Under the pieces are notes generated by a model. That model was not told the DNA's origin. It worked only from the letters and a program-made list of their open reading frames with translations, and did not search any database. Shown in pieces: positions 20,138 to 30,117 of a stretch of DNA of 64,000 bases. Position 1 is the first letter of the stretch. Every line of letters begins with the position of its first letter. The stretch comes from an uncultured delta proteobacterium (GTDB lineage: Bacteria > Myxococcota_A > Polyangia > Polyangiales > Polyangiaceae). A program made the translations under genes and the position numbers. Location: NCBI GenBank assembly GCA_963716725.1, contig CAVQUB010000018.1, positions 32,001 to 96,000 on the forward strand. Reading direction: 5' to 3'.

Positions 20138-20887
20138 ATGTGGAAGTCGATGGTCTCGGTCCCAGCCGCCCTGCTTGCCACCCTGCTCGCGCTGCCATCG
20201 TCTGCGCAAGACGCGCCGGCGAAGCCCAAGAGCTTCGAGTCGTCGGCGGGGCTCAAGCTGCTCGCGGGCGGTAACGTGTGGTCAACCCCCGGCGACGTGC
20301 CCGGCGGCTACGACGGCTTGGGGTTCTCCGACAGCGGCGGCGGCTTCGGCTGGGGCGGCGCGGCCTACTACGAGGCGCGCTTCATCGGCCACCTCGGGCT
20401 CGAACTCGACCTCGGCTACGACAGCTCGACGCTGCAGCGCGACGTGACCTACAACGCCACCGTCAAGGTGCGCGAGAAGGTCACGATGAGCGGGCTGCGC
20501 GCCGGGCTCTTGGCCAAGGGCATCTTGCCGACACCCTTCGGCCGCTTGTGGCTGGGCCTGGGGCCCGAGCTAGTGACGGGCGGCAGCGTCAGCGCCAAGA
20601 ACGAGATCACCAGGAACCGGCAGCTCGTCGCCAACGCCGATGAAGTCGAGGGCCTGATCAGCGCCAAGAGCAAGAGCTCGACCATGATCACCTTCGCCTT
20701 CGGGATGGCGATCCACCTCGGCGACCACCTGGAGATCCCGGTGGATCTCCGCGCTGCGAAGAACCTGTCGCAAGACAGCGACTGGCCCGACCGCGTCAAG
20801 ATCAACAACGCGACCAACGAGTACGAGGTCACCGCCCAGAGCAGCTGGGACTTCCGGCTCGCAACCGGGCTCGGCTATCGGTTCTGA
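20138..20887 (+). CDS. Outer-membrane beta-barrel protein
   Basis: Signal peptide, alternating beta strands, C-terminal GLGYRF. Confidence 0.75.
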   Translation: MWKSMVSVPAALLATLLALPSSAQDAPAKPKSFESSAGLKLLAGGNVWSTPGDVPGGYDGLGFSDSGGGFGWGGAAYYEARFIGHLGLELDLGYDSSTLQRDVTYNATVKVREKVTMSGLRAGLLAKGILPTPFGRLWLGLGPELVTGGSVSAKNEITRNRQLVANADEVEGLISAKSKSSTMITFAFGMAIHLGDHLEIPVDLRAAKNLSQDSDWPDRVKINNATNEYEVTAQSSWDFRLATGLGYRF

Positions 20888-22450
20888 TCAGCGGTAGACG
20901 AAGGCGACGCTGCGATAGCGCTCGAGCAAATCCGGCGCCGACGCGCCGACTTCGAGCTCGAGGTCGAGCCCGCTCTCGTACTCGACGACGTCGCTGAGCA
21001 GGTGCCAGCGGCAGCCCGTCACCTGGCCTTGGCTGCCCCCGGAGGCGATGCCCCAGGCCGCCGCGAAGGGCGAGGCAAAGGCCCCGGTGAAGAAATAGAA
21101 CGCGCCGTCGAGGTAGTCTTCGGTTCCCGTCCCGGCGGTGCGGTCGCCGTCGAGGGTGAAGCGCTCGTCGCCTTCGAGGAAGTTGAAGGGATCCGTGAAG
21201 CCTTCGCCGGTGCGGCCCGCCAGCGTGAGGCACACGCCCGCCAGCCTCCCGGATCCCTCGACCTTCGCGATGGGGTGGGTCGCGGCGGCCGCCGCGGTCT
21301 CGTGGCGCACGACGTGGAGCGTGCGAAAGGGTGCAGCGGGCGCGCTCGACTCGCCGGTGAAGTGCAGCGCGAGGCTCGCGCTCTGGGAGCCGCGGTTCTC
21401 GACGCTCCAGATCTGACGCGACGCGCTCGGGATCGGCAGGCGCAGCTCGAGGCCCGGGCCCAGCGCGAGCGTGCGCCCGGTGGGCGAGGTGGCGCTCGCG
21501 GCAAAGAGCTCGAGCAGCGGCAGCGAGGCGGTCGTCACGCCGTCGACCTCGAGCGTGAGCCAGAGATCCGCGAGCTCGCTCGACGACTCGACGCGCGCGC
21601 TCTGCACGGTGACGGGGCCCTTCATGTCTGCGGCGTCGACGCTCTGGCCCGGCGCGAGGCTCAGCTCGATGGGCGGGCCGAGCGGCGGGAAGGTTTCAGG
21701 AGTGGTCGCGCTCGCGATGGCGAGATCCCGCGCCGGCAAGCGCGATTGACTTGCCGATCGCGGCCCGTCGCTCAACAGCACGTCGGATTGGTGATAGTAG
21801 AGGTCGAAGGGTCCGAGACCATCGACGGCGACGATCAGCTTCTTGGCGAACACCACCGGGTACCTCCAGGCCAAGCGGTCATTGGCGCCGAGCCCGAAGG
21901 GCGGCGCGAACATCTCGCCGAGCAATCCGTCGACCACCGCCGCGAGCGACGCCTGCACCCGCGGCACCGGATCGTCGTCGACGTACAGCCGCAGGATCTC
22001 GTCGTCGAAGGGCATGTGCGGCAGCGAGAACGCGGTCATCCAGAGGCGCACCAGCTCCCCGCTGCCCTCGAAGCGCGAGAGCACGGCGCCGCGCACGTAG
22101 CGCTCCGCGCAGGTGTCTTCGTCGAACACGTAGGGCACGACCTGCTCGTCGGCGATGGCCGCGTCGGCGCTCCGACACACGAAGTTGTTCATGTCGCGGT
22201 TGCCCGGGGCGACGTAGGTCAGCGTGGGCGGCCCGCCGCCCGGCCGCTCTCCGCTGTTCTGGTGCCCGCGCCCCACGCGGGCGGGCGACGGCAGGCTCGA
22301 GAGGCCGGAAAACCGCGCCAGCGCCGCTTCGTCCGCCAGCTCGGCGGGAACGATCACCCGCTTGGGATCGACGGGCTTGGCTGGCTCGGCGCGCTCCGAC
22401 TCGGAGCAACCGAAGCACAGAAGAGCCAGCGCGAGCGCAGCACGGGACAC
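20888..22450 (-). CDS. DUF2961 / GH172-like lipoprotein
   Basis: Lipobox CFGC; LVRLWMT, LRLYVDD, FLEGDE, GTGTEDY. Confidence 0.75.
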   Translation of the reverse strand: MSRAALALALLCFGCSESERAEPAKPVDPKRVIVPAELADEAALARFSGLSSLPSPARVGRGHQNSGERPGGGPPTLTYVAPGNRDMNNFVCRSADAAIADEQVVPYVFDEDTCAERYVRGAVLSRFEGSGELVRLWMTAFSLPHMPFDDEILRLYVDDDPVPRVQASLAAVVDGLLGEMFAPPFGLGANDRLAWRYPVVFAKKLIVAVDGLGPFDLYYHQSDVLLSDGPRSASQSRLPARDLAIASATTPETFPPLGPPIELSLAPGQSVDAADMKGPVTVQSARVESSSELADLWLTLEVDGVTTASLPLLELFAASATSPTGRTLALGPGLELRLPIPSASRQIWSVENRGSQSASLALHFTGESSAPAAPFRTLHVVRHETAAAAATHPIAKVEGSGRLAGVCLTLAGRTGEGFTDPFNFLEGDERFTLDGDRTAGTGTEDYLDGAFYFFTGAFASPFAAAWGIASGGSQGQVTGCRWHLLSDVVEYESGLDLELEVGASAPDLLERYRSVAFVYR

Positions 22451-22535
22451 GTGCCTTCCAGGCTACGCCGGCGATCGTCACGAGTCGACTCGCACGCTTC
22501 TCGGGTCGCGAGGCCTGGGCTAGCCTGGCCGCCGG

Positions 22536-25082
22536 ATGACGGAGGGCCCCAACGGGAAGCGCCGCGCGCTCGCGCCGTCGGCGGTGGCGCGCACGCTGAT
22601 GGGCCAAGCCGACGCCGCGCCGGACCTCCGTGATCGCGTCCAGACCCGGGCCGCGGGCGACGCGCTCACCGTCAACGCCAGCGCCGAGAGCGGGCCGCGC
22701 CCCTCGGCCCGCAACGCGCTGACCGTCGATGCCGGCGTCAGCGGCGCTGCGCCGCTCGTGTCGGACCCCGCATTGCCTCGTTACGAGGCGATGGGCGAGC
22801 TCGGCCGCGGCGGCATGGGCTGCGTGGACGAGGTCTTCGATCGCGTGCTCGGCCGTCCGGTCGCGCAGAAGCGCCTGCTACGCGTGGCCGATCCGCGGAA
22901 CGCGACCATGCTGGTGGCCGAAGCGCAGACCTGCGCGCAGCTCGAGCACCCGTCCATCGTACCGGTCTACGATCTGGACGCAGCCGCCGACGGTCGCCCG
23001 TTTTACACCATGCGGGTCGTGCGCGGCCGATCGCTGCGCGAGGTCATCGACGACAACGCGGACCAGAACAAAGCGCGCACCCCGCTGGCCCGGCTGCTCG
23101 GCACCTTCCGCCAGGTGTGCCTGGCCGTGGACTACGCCCACAGCCGCGGCGTGGTGCACCGGGATCTGAAGCCCGAGAACATCGTCGTCGGCGAGTTCGG
23201 CGAGGTTTACGTCGTCGACTGGGGCATCGCCCACCTGATCGAGGGCAGCGACGTGCGCCGCAGCGGCTACGCGCCGGCCATCGCTGGGACTCCGGCGTAC
23301 ATGGCGCCCGAGCAGATCTCCGGTGACGACCTCGACGGCCGCGCCGACGTGTTCGCGCTGGGCGTCATGCTCTTCGAGCTGCTCACCGGCGCGCGGCCCT
23401 TCTCGGACGACAGCGTGCAGGGCGTGCTGACCCGGCGCGGAAAGCGGGTCGACCGCGGGCCGAGTCTGATCGCGCCCGGCGGCGCGGTGCCGAGCTTCTT
23501 CGATCAGCTGGTGCTGGCCTGCCTTTCTCCCGAGAAGCACGGGCGACCGGGCCGCGCCCGGGTGATCGCCAGCACCATCGACGACTACCTCGATCAGGAG
23601 CGAGCCCGGGCCGAGCGTGAGCGCGAGGCGGCGGAGTACGCCCGCGAAGGCGACGCCGCGCGCGAGCGCTTCTCGACGGCCACCCAGGAGGCGCGAGAGC
23701 TCGAAGAGCGTGCCGAGGCGCTGCTCGCCGACGCCAAGCCCTGGCACGACGCCGCGAGCAAGGCGCCGGCGTGGGAGCTGAGCACGCGAGCGAGCGCGCT
23801 GCGATCGGACGCGGCCCGGGAGCGCGCCCGGGCGAGCGCGGCCTTCACCAGCGCCCTCGGTCGGGTCAGCGATCACCCGGCTGCCCGCGGCGGCCTGGCG
23901 CAGCTCCACTTCCACCAGTTCGTCGAGGCTGAAGAGGCCGGCGACGAGCAACGCATGGCGCAGTACCTGGATCTGGCTCGCGCCTACGACGACGGCGAGT
24001 TGGCGCTGGAGCTGCGAAACCAGGGGCAGCTCGAGATCGCGACCCGCCCCGCCGGCGCGCGGCTCCGCATCGCGCGGTACGCCCGGAAGGGCCCGCTCTT
24101 GGTGCTCGGCGAGGATCGCGATCTGGGAAGCGCGCCGGTGAGCGCGGGCTGGTTCGACGCGGGCTCGTACCTGATCAGCGCCGAAGTCGACGGGCGAAGT
24201 CTGCGCTACCCGCTGGTGATCCGCCGCGCGCAGCGTCACCTGATCGATCTGCGCCTGCCCGATCCGGACGAGCTCCCGGACGGCATGGTGCTCGTGCCCG
24301 GCGGCCCCTTCCTGAGCAACACCGATCCGCGCGCGCCCAAGCTCCGCGAGCTCGAGCTGCCGGATTTTTCCATCGGGCGCTTCCCGGTCACTCTGCGCGA
24401 GTACGGCGAGTACCTCGACGACCTCGCGGACGCGGAGCGCGAGCTGCGCATGCCGATCATCGACGGCGTGGCGGCCTATTCGCCCGAGACGCGGAGCTGG
24501 AAGACCGAGCTCTTCGTCTCGGGCGACGCGCTCCGGCACCTGCCTCCGGGCCGCGAGCTCGATCTGCCGGTGGTGGGCCTCCGCTGGAACGCGGCGCGGG
24601 CCTACGCCGCCTGGCTGGCGAAGCGGACCGGCCGGCCGTATCGCCTGCCCACCGACTCGGAGTGGGACAAGGCCATGCGCGGTGCGGACGGCCGGCCGTT
24701 CTCGATGGGCATTAAGCTGGATCCGGCATTTGCGAAGTTGAGGGATTCGCGGAAGGAGCTGCCCGCGCCCGAGGCCGTCGGGGCCTTCGCCAGCGATGAG
24801 TCGCCGTACGGGATCCGCGATCTGTGCGGCGGCGTGGGCGATTGGACCGAGACCGCCGCGGACGAGCTGCCGCTGCCGGATTTGGCTGAAGCCGACAGCG
24901 GCGACGCGGACTATCGGGTGGTGATCTGGCGCGGGGGGACCTGGTCCACGACGACGCCGACGTCGCCCATGCGCTACACGCAGGCGGTCCGGCAAACCGG
25001 TGCGTGGATCGGCTTTCGGCTCGCGCTCGGTGATCCGGCGACGGTGCCCTCGCGCACGGCCAGGAGCCCGCTCGCGGGGTGA
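22536..25082 (+). CDS. Ser/Thr kinase fused to a C-terminal FGE-sulfatase (SUMF1) domain
   Basis: [55 protein letters not shown]. Confidence 0.9.
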   Translation: MTEGPNGKRRALAPSAVARTLMGQADAAPDLRDRVQTRAAGDALTVNASAESGPRPSARNALTVDAGVSGAAPLVSDPALPRYEAMGELGRGGMGCVDEVFDRVLGRPVAQKRLLRVADPRNATMLVAEAQTCAQLEHPSIVPVYDLDAAADGRPFYTMRVVRGRSLREVIDDNADQNKARTPLARLLGTFRQVCLAVDYAHSRGVVHRDLKPENIVVGEFGEVYVVDWGIAHLIEGSDVRRSGYAPAIAGTPAYMAPEQISGDDLDGRADVFALGVMLFELLTGARPFSDDSVQGVLTRRGKRVDRGPSLIAPGGAVPSFFDQLVLACLSPEKHGRPGRARVIASTIDDYLDQERARAEREREAAEYAREGDAARERFSTATQEARELEERAEALLADAKPWHDAASKAPAWELSTRASALRSDAARERARASAAFTSALGRVSDHPAARGGLAQLHFHQFVEAEEAGDEQRMAQYLDLARAYDDGELALELRNQGQLEIATRPAGARLRIARYARKGPLLVLGEDRDLGSAPVSAGWFDAGSYLISAEVDGRSLRYPLVIRRAQRHLIDLRLPDPDELPDGMVLVPGGPFLSNTDPRAPKLRELELPDFSIGRFPVTLREYGEYLDDLADAERELRMPIIDGVAAYSPETRSWKTELFVSGDALRHLPPGRELDLPVVGLRWNAARAYAAWLAKRTGRPYRLPTDSEWDKAMRGADGRPFSMGIKLDPAFAKLRDSRKELPAPEAVGAFASDESPYGIRDLCGGVGDWTETAADELPLPDLAEADSGDADYRVVIWRGGTWSTTTPTSPMRYTQAVRQTGAWIGFRLALGDPATVPSRTARSPLAG

Positions 25083-25215
25083 GTCCGGGCTTGCATCCGA
25101 GGCCCGGGCCGGCTCGACTACCCCGGCTCGCGCAGGCGCCACCGAGGGACGCGCCGGGAGACCGCAACAGCTGCGGCCTGCGCGAGCGCGGCTCACCGGC
25201 GCGGAGGAAACGACC

Positions 25216-25452
25216 ATGCCTGATGACGTAGACATCGACGATCGCGACGAGCCCGGCACCGACGCGCCGGCCATCATCCGCCGCCTGAACAAGGTTCTGG
25301 CCATTCAGAAGCGGGTGCTCGCCCGGCTGGAGCGGATCAAGCCCCACGTCCCCAACCCGGGCCCGCCGGAGCTGCCCACCGTGGTGAACCAGATCGTCGC
25401 CGAGGCGCAGAGGACCATCACCGTCGCACAGTCGATGCTGACCCGCGCCTGA
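25216..25452 (+). CDS. Small hypothetical helical protein (78 aa)
   Basis: GGAGG RBS before ATG, GC-biased third positions, terminator directly downstream. Confidence 0.7.
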   Translation: MPDDVDIDDRDEPGTDAPAIIRRLNKVLAIQKRVLARLERIKPHVPNPGPPELPTVVNQIVAEAQRTITVAQSMLTRA

Positions 25453-25464
25453 TCGCAACCCCCG

Positions 25465-25503
25465 AGAGCCCGCGGCGCGACGCGTCGCGGGCTCTTGATT
25501 TTT
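25465..25503 (+). terminator. Rho-independent terminator between convergent genes
   Basis: Stem AGAGCCCGCGGCGC-gac-GCGTCGCGGGCTCT followed by TGATTTTT. Confidence 0.8.
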
Positions 25504-25511
25504 GTCTTCAG

Positions 25512-26204
25512 CTACTTGCGCACGGCCTTGGTCGGCGTGAGCGGGTTCACGCGCTCGAAGGCCTCGGTCAAGAAGCGATCGCGGACCTTGCGCGCCTGCT
25601 CGGGCTGATCGCGCCAGGGCACCGCCACGGCGTAGATCAGGCAGGCGTCCGGGTAGGCGGGATAGGCGGCCCAGGCGGCGGAGAACTCGCGCCGCGAGAA
25701 GCCGACGTCGGCGTAGCCGTCGACGAAGCGGATGGTGAGCGGCTGGTCGCGCCACTTGCTGATGCGCTCGCCGATGGCGTCGAGCTTCGGCTCGAAGCTC
25801 TTGGATCGGGCCCGCGCCCAGGTCTCGAAGCGCCGCGCGCAGGTCTTGCTGTCGACCGTGACCCCGGGCTCGACGTCGTGCACGAACGCCAGGGTGATCA
25901 CGTGGTGGTCGTCGCCGTAGCGAAAGCCCAAGAAGTGCTCGACGCCCCAGTAGCGGACCCGCTTCCACTTGCCGGTGTCGGGCAGCGGCACCAGCAGCTG
26001 GTTGTCCTTGTCGCCGCGATCGCCCCACGCCTCTTTGATCTGGCGATCGAGGGCGGCAAAGTGGGGGTCGTGGGCGTCCCCGCCCGGCTCGGCCACGGTC
26101 ACGGTGGCGGGACGGGGCGGCGCCCCCGGAGGCTGGGTGTTCGTGGCGCTGGATCCGCAGCCGGCAGCCGCGAGCGCGAGGGGGAGGGCCAGTGCCCGGG
26201 GCAT
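25512..26204 (-). CDS. Hypothetical lipoprotein
   Basis: MPRALALPLALAAAGC lipobox; coding-like codon usage. Confidence 0.7.
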   Translation of the reverse strand: MPRALALPLALAAAGCGSSATNTQPPGAPPRPATVTVAEPGGDAHDPHFAALDRQIKEAWGDRGDKDNQLLVPLPDTGKWKRVRYWGVEHFLGFRYGDDHHVITLAFVHDVEPGVTVDSKTCARRFETWARARSKSFEPKLDAIGERISKWRDQPLTIRFVDGYADVGFSRREFSAAWAAYPAYPDACLIYAVAVPWRDQPEQARKVRDRFLTEAFERVNPLTPTKAVRK

Positions 26205-26273
26205 GTGGGTTGGACGGACCACGTGACACAATGATGGACCGAGCGGCGACCCCTGCCAACGCGGGCTCGCAAT

Positions 26274-26912
26274 TCACTCGATCGTCGGCCCCAGCGTGAC
26301 AGTGACGCCGACGCCGAGCTGAGCCACAGCGGTGATGGGCGGCGTCTCTCGCCGGCCGTCGGCGCTCGAAGCAGCCCCGCCGCCTTCGGCGGGCCCGGCC
26401 CTGCCGAGCCACATCCAGTCAGCCCGCGCTCGGGGACCCATTTTCAGGTGGTCCCAGACGATCACGTCCAACCCCAAGCCCACGCCCATGCCGACGAACG
26501 CGGGGATCGGGTCCACGTCTGGCGCAGAGGCTCCCATGGTCGGAAAGCTCAGCGCGTACTCGAGCCACCCGTCGAGGCGCGCCGTTCGCAAGGGATAGAG
26601 TCGCGCCGCGAAGCGATAGAACGTCACGTGTGCGGCCAAATCCCTGCCTTCGGGCCGCCATCGAAACCACGCTCGGTCCCACCCCACGCCGATGGCGTAC
26701 GAGGGGGCGGGACGGATGATGGCCGAGAAGCCCGCGGCGTAGCCGAACGTCTCGGAGTCGGAGCATCCGAAGCCGCAGTGCGCCGCTGCCCCGCCGCCAT
26801 GCACGCCGAGCTCGACGGCGCGCCGTGGGAACACGCGCGGCTCCCGCTCGGGGTGTGCCACCACCGGACGAAGCTGTGCGAGGACGATCAGGGTCAGCGT
26901 CCAGACGGCCAT
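26274..26912 (-). CDS. Putative small outer-membrane beta-barrel protein
   Basis: Amphipathic strands (ELGVHGG, GVGLGLDV, LGVGVTVTL); start uncertain. Confidence 0.5.
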   Translation of the reverse strand: MAVWTLTLIVLAQLRPVVAHPEREPRVFPRRAVELGVHGGGAAAHCGFGCSDSETFGYAAGFSAIIRPAPSYAIGVGWDRAWFRWRPEGRDLAAHVTFYRFAARLYPLRTARLDGWLEYALSFPTMGASAPDVDPIPAFVGMGVGLGLDVIVWDHLKMGPRARADWMWLGRAGPAEGGGAASSADGRRETPPITAVAQLGVGVTVTLGPTIE

Positions 26913-27024
26913 TGCAAGTCCCCAGGGTGAGAGTCCGAATCGCATGGTCTACTCCGGGTCAGTTCCGTGCAAGCGCCCGGGGAAGGTCCGCCGCGGGGCG
27001 GGCGTAGTGGGGAGCACCCAGCCC

Positions 27025-27312
27025 ATGCCCAAGCGCAGAGCAGTGATTGTCGCCCTCACGGGGGGAGCGCTGGCGGTGCTCAGCCCTGTCGCGGGCGTCG
27101 GGCTGACGGCTCTCTTCACCTCCTGCTCGTTCTCGGCAGCCGGCAGCGTGCCGGCTGAGTCCCGCGCCGCTCACGTGGCCAACGGCATCGACAGCGCGAT
27201 GAGTTACACCATCGCAGGTGGCGCGGTCGGCGCAGTCGGTCTCGTGACCGTCGTCGTGGGGCTGATTCTGCTCTTGCGCGCCCACCCCGCCGACGCGCCG
27301 GATCGGCCCTGA
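27025..27312 (+). CDS. Small membrane protein resembling the C-terminal TM hairpin of MotA/TolQ/ExbB
   Basis: SPVAGVGLT...SF...VANGIDSAMSYTIAG vs. consensus PxxGLLGT...F...xAxGIxxALxTTAxG. Confidence 0.5.
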   Translation: MPKRRAVIVALTGGALAVLSPVAGVGLTALFTSCSFSAAGSVPAESRAAHVANGIDSAMSYTIAGGAVGAVGLVTVVVGLILLLRAHPADAPDRP

Positions 27313-27351
27313 CGCGATCCGATCCCGGCGCGAAACTTCTGGCCCCCGCGC

Positions 27352-28431
27352 TCAGACCTCGAAGGTCTTCAGCCGGATCGCGTTCGGATCGGCCACGCCC
27401 AGGCCGAGCTCGCCCGCGGTGCGGATGTAACGCGGCTCGCGCTTGGCGTCCTTCAGGCTCTTCAGGCCCTTTTCTTTGCGCAACTCGTCCACGAGCTGCC
27501 AGCCCACGGTGTCCATCGCCACGGGATCAGTGGCGGCGTAGACCGCGCCGTAGACGAGGCGCGTCTTCGGGTCTTTGTCGAGGGGGCCCCTGTCGTACAT
27601 CACCTTGAACGCGTCCGTGATGTGCAGCCGCACCCGGCTGGTGACGATCGGGTGGTTGTAGAGAATGGCGATCTGCGGGCTGGCCAGGTGCGCGTGGTGA
27701 TCTTCGGGGTTGTTGATGTTGCCGTGGGTGATGTTCTTGAGCGTGCCGGTGTAGCCGCAGATGGAGTGATCTTTGATCTGCGTCATGTCGATCACCGCCG
27801 TCGCCTCGAGCAGCTGCCGGCAGTACTTGGTCCCGACTCCCTGGTAGACCTTGATCTCCGGCATCGGGTGGTCGTTGTTGTTGTGGGTGCCAGCCCTGAC
27901 GCCCGCCGGGAGCTTGAAGCTCCGGACGTTCACCCGACAGCCCGCGAGGTAGGACGGGTACTGCTCGTAGACCATGATCTTGTCTGGCGGCACGCCAAGC
28001 GCGAGCACGGCCTCGACCACGGGCAAGATGAGCTCGAAGTTCACGGCCATGGTGGCGCCCTTCTGACCCGCGATGCCATTGGGCTTGATGGCAACGACGT
28101 CGTTCTTGTGGATGAACTTCTTCATCGCCTCGACCGCGCTCGACGCGCCGGTGAGCTCCATCATCGCCTTCTCGAACAGGCGCTTCGCGACCTCGGCCTT
28201 GGGCCAGAGCATATTCGGCTGCATCACCCCGTCGGCGTCGCCCTTCGCGGTGACCTTCACCACCTTGCCGGGGACGGCCATGGGCGAGAATCCGGCGGGT
28301 GGCGCGGCTACCAAGGGGGGCTGCGGCTTGGCCTGGGCCTGGGCGCTCGACTCGAGCGTCGCCGCCGTGGCCAGAGCGGAGGCGCCGGCGAGGAGCGTGC
28401 GGCGCGAGACCGGAGCGGGATTTCGGCTCAT
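27352..28431 (-). CDS. Tat-exported DUF362 family protein
   Basis: SRRTLL Tat motif; VAIKPN, KDH..G.TGTLKN, DPVAMD. Confidence 0.85.
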   Translation of the reverse strand: MSRNPAPVSRRTLLAGASALATAATLESSAQAQAKPQPPLVAAPPAGFSPMAVPGKVVKVTAKGDADGVMQPNMLWPKAEVAKRLFEKAMMELTGASSAVEAMKKFIHKNDVVAIKPNGIAGQKGATMAVNFELILPVVEAVLALGVPPDKIMVYEQYPSYLAGCRVNVRSFKLPAGVRAGTHNNNDHPMPEIKVYQGVGTKYCRQLLEATAVIDMTQIKDHSICGYTGTLKNITHGNINNPEDHHAHLASPQIAILYNHPIVTSRVRLHITDAFKVMYDRGPLDKDPKTRLVYGAVYAATDPVAMDTVGWQLVDELRKEKGLKSLKDAKREPRYIRTAGELGLGVADPNAIRLKTFEV

Positions 28432-29945
28432 GAGTTTCGCGTACCACGCGGGCTTTCTTCGGGCAAACTGGGGGGTCCGTCGTCGTCGTCGTCGTCCTCC
28501 GCGCTCGTCTCGGACGCGGGCTCATCACCCGCACCCCTTCGGGTGTTCCGCAGCGGCGCACCCGCCGCGCGGAAGATCACGACCCCGGCCGCCCCGCCGA
28601 TCAGCGTCAGAACGAGCCATCCCCAGAGCACGCGTCGTCGGTCATCAGGGAAACGCGACCCGATCTGCACGATGCCATCGCCGAAGTCTCCACGCGGAGC
28701 CATCTCTTCGTGTTGGTCGCGACGCTCGGCGGCGCGGGTGCAGGGCTCGCCGGCCGCCAGTCGCGGGCCGTCGTACACGCCTCGGTAAATGTCAGCGGCT
28801 ATCGGAAGGTTGCCGTCGTGGTCGAGCCCCGTCTCGCACACCGGCCACGCATCCACCAGCGACGATCGGTAGCGAGCGACATCGTAGGTACGAGGCACCG
28901 CGTACGCGAGCGCGGCGAGCGCCGCCAACAGGAACACACCACGAGCGCCGTAAGGCGACGATGCCAAGAGTTGGCGCACGATCAACGCCGCCCCCACTGC
29001 CCCCGCCACGAACAGCAGCGCGGTGGTCGGAGCCTCGGTGCCGGGCGCGCCGCGCACGGCGTCGGAGAGCGCGCCGACGGAGGTGGCGGCGCTGAGCGCG
29101 TCCCAGCAGGGGAACAACGCGACCAAGACCAGGACGAGGGAGGCCGCCAGGTTCCGGGAGCCTGCGCCAGCGGGAGCAGGGCGGGGCGCCGGTGGGGCGG
29201 ATTCGGGCTCCGATTCGGGCTCGATCGGCGGCTCATCGACCTCGACCGCGGGGTCGGGACGGGCGCTGGCGGCCGCGCGCCTCACCCGCCGTGCGAGATC
29301 GATCAGCAGGGCGGCGAGGGCGATCTGGACCACCAGCAAGATCCCTCGCTGGGTCTCGTTCTGAGCGGCGACGGACGACGCGAGCAGGCGGTGCAACGGA
29401 AAGGCGGTATCGATGACGACGAAGGCGAACGCCGCTCCAACCTCGCTCTGCGGCGCACGCGCGTCGAGCGCTGCCGCCATGCGCGCCAGGGCGAGCACCA
29501 ACGCCACCAGGCCAACGGCTCGCGCTGAAGCGGCCAGCACCCAGAGTTCTCGGGTCGAAATCGACTCGGAGCCACCGCCGCCCGCGCCGAGCAGCAGCGC
29601 CACGCTCGCGAGTCCGACCACCACGAACGCTCCCGCCGCCACCAAGGCGGGCGTCACCGCCCGCGTCGAGGGCGGCACGCGAGTCAGCCGCAGCAACGCC
29701 GCCACCAACGCCACCGACGACACAGTGTAGAAACCCTGGAACCCCACCGACACCAACGTCATGACGACGAGCGCACCGGGATCCTTCGCGGCGACGCCAG
29801 CTGCCAGCTGCATGCTTTGAAGCTGCACGCCCGCGCTGCCCAAGGTCAGGACGACCCAGACGCCGATCAACCAACCGAGACCGGAGCGCACCGAGATCCA
29901 GCTCGCGGTGCGCGCCAGCTCTCGACGTCCGCGCGCGGTCACCAT
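28428..29945 (-). CDS. Multi-pass membrane protein, hypothetical
   Basis: About 10 hydrophobic segments; stop overlaps the DUF362 start (ATGA). Confidence 0.65.
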   Translation of the reverse strand: MVTARGRRELARTASWISVRSGLGWLIGVWVVLTLGSAGVQLQSMQLAAGVAAKDPGALVVMTLVSVGFQGFYTVSSVALVAALLRLTRVPPSTRAVTPALVAAGAFVVVGLASVALLLGAGGGGSESISTRELWVLAASARAVGLVALVLALARMAAALDARAPQSEVGAAFAFVVIDTAFPLHRLLASSVAAQNETQRGILLVVQIALAALLIDLARRVRRAAASARPDPAVEVDEPPIEPESEPESAPPAPRPAPAGAGSRNLAASLVLVLVALFPCWDALSAATSVGALSDAVRGAPGTEAPTTALLFVAGAVGAALIVRQLLASSPYGARGVFLLAALAALAYAVPRTYDVARYRSSLVDAWPVCETGLDHDGNLPIAADIYRGVYDGPRLAAGEPCTRAAERRDQHEEMAPRGDFGDGIVQIGSRFPDDRRRVLWGWLVLTLIGGAAGVVIFRAAGAPLRNTRRGAGDEPASETSAEDDDDDDGPPSLPEESPRGTRNS

Positions 29946-29980
29946 GGCGAAGGCATCATGGCCGAGGTCCGATGGCGATC

Positions 29981-30009
29981 GCCATGGCGAAGCAGGGTTT
30001 CGCCATGGC
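29981..30009. promoter_or_regulatory. Perfect 11-bp inverted repeat GCCATGGCGAA-N7-TTCGCCATGGC, candidate enhancer-binding site
   Basis: Directly visible; extra CCATGGCGAA copy at 29942-29951; about 40 bp upstream of a sigma54 box. Confidence 0.5.
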
Positions 30010-30048
30010 CGCTACGACTCCCGGGGCCGAAAACCAGCCCCGACCGCC

Positions 30049-30065
30049 CTGGCACGACCTTCGCA
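30049..30065 (+). promoter_or_regulatory. Putative sigma54 -24/-12 promoter
   Basis: CTGGCACGACCTTCGCA (GG-N10-GC) upstream of RBS GGAGGA and ATG 30118. Confidence 0.7.
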
Positions 30066-30117
30066 ATTCACTCGCTCGAGCGCACGGCACGACGCCGTGA
30101 CCACGGAGGATAGCAGC

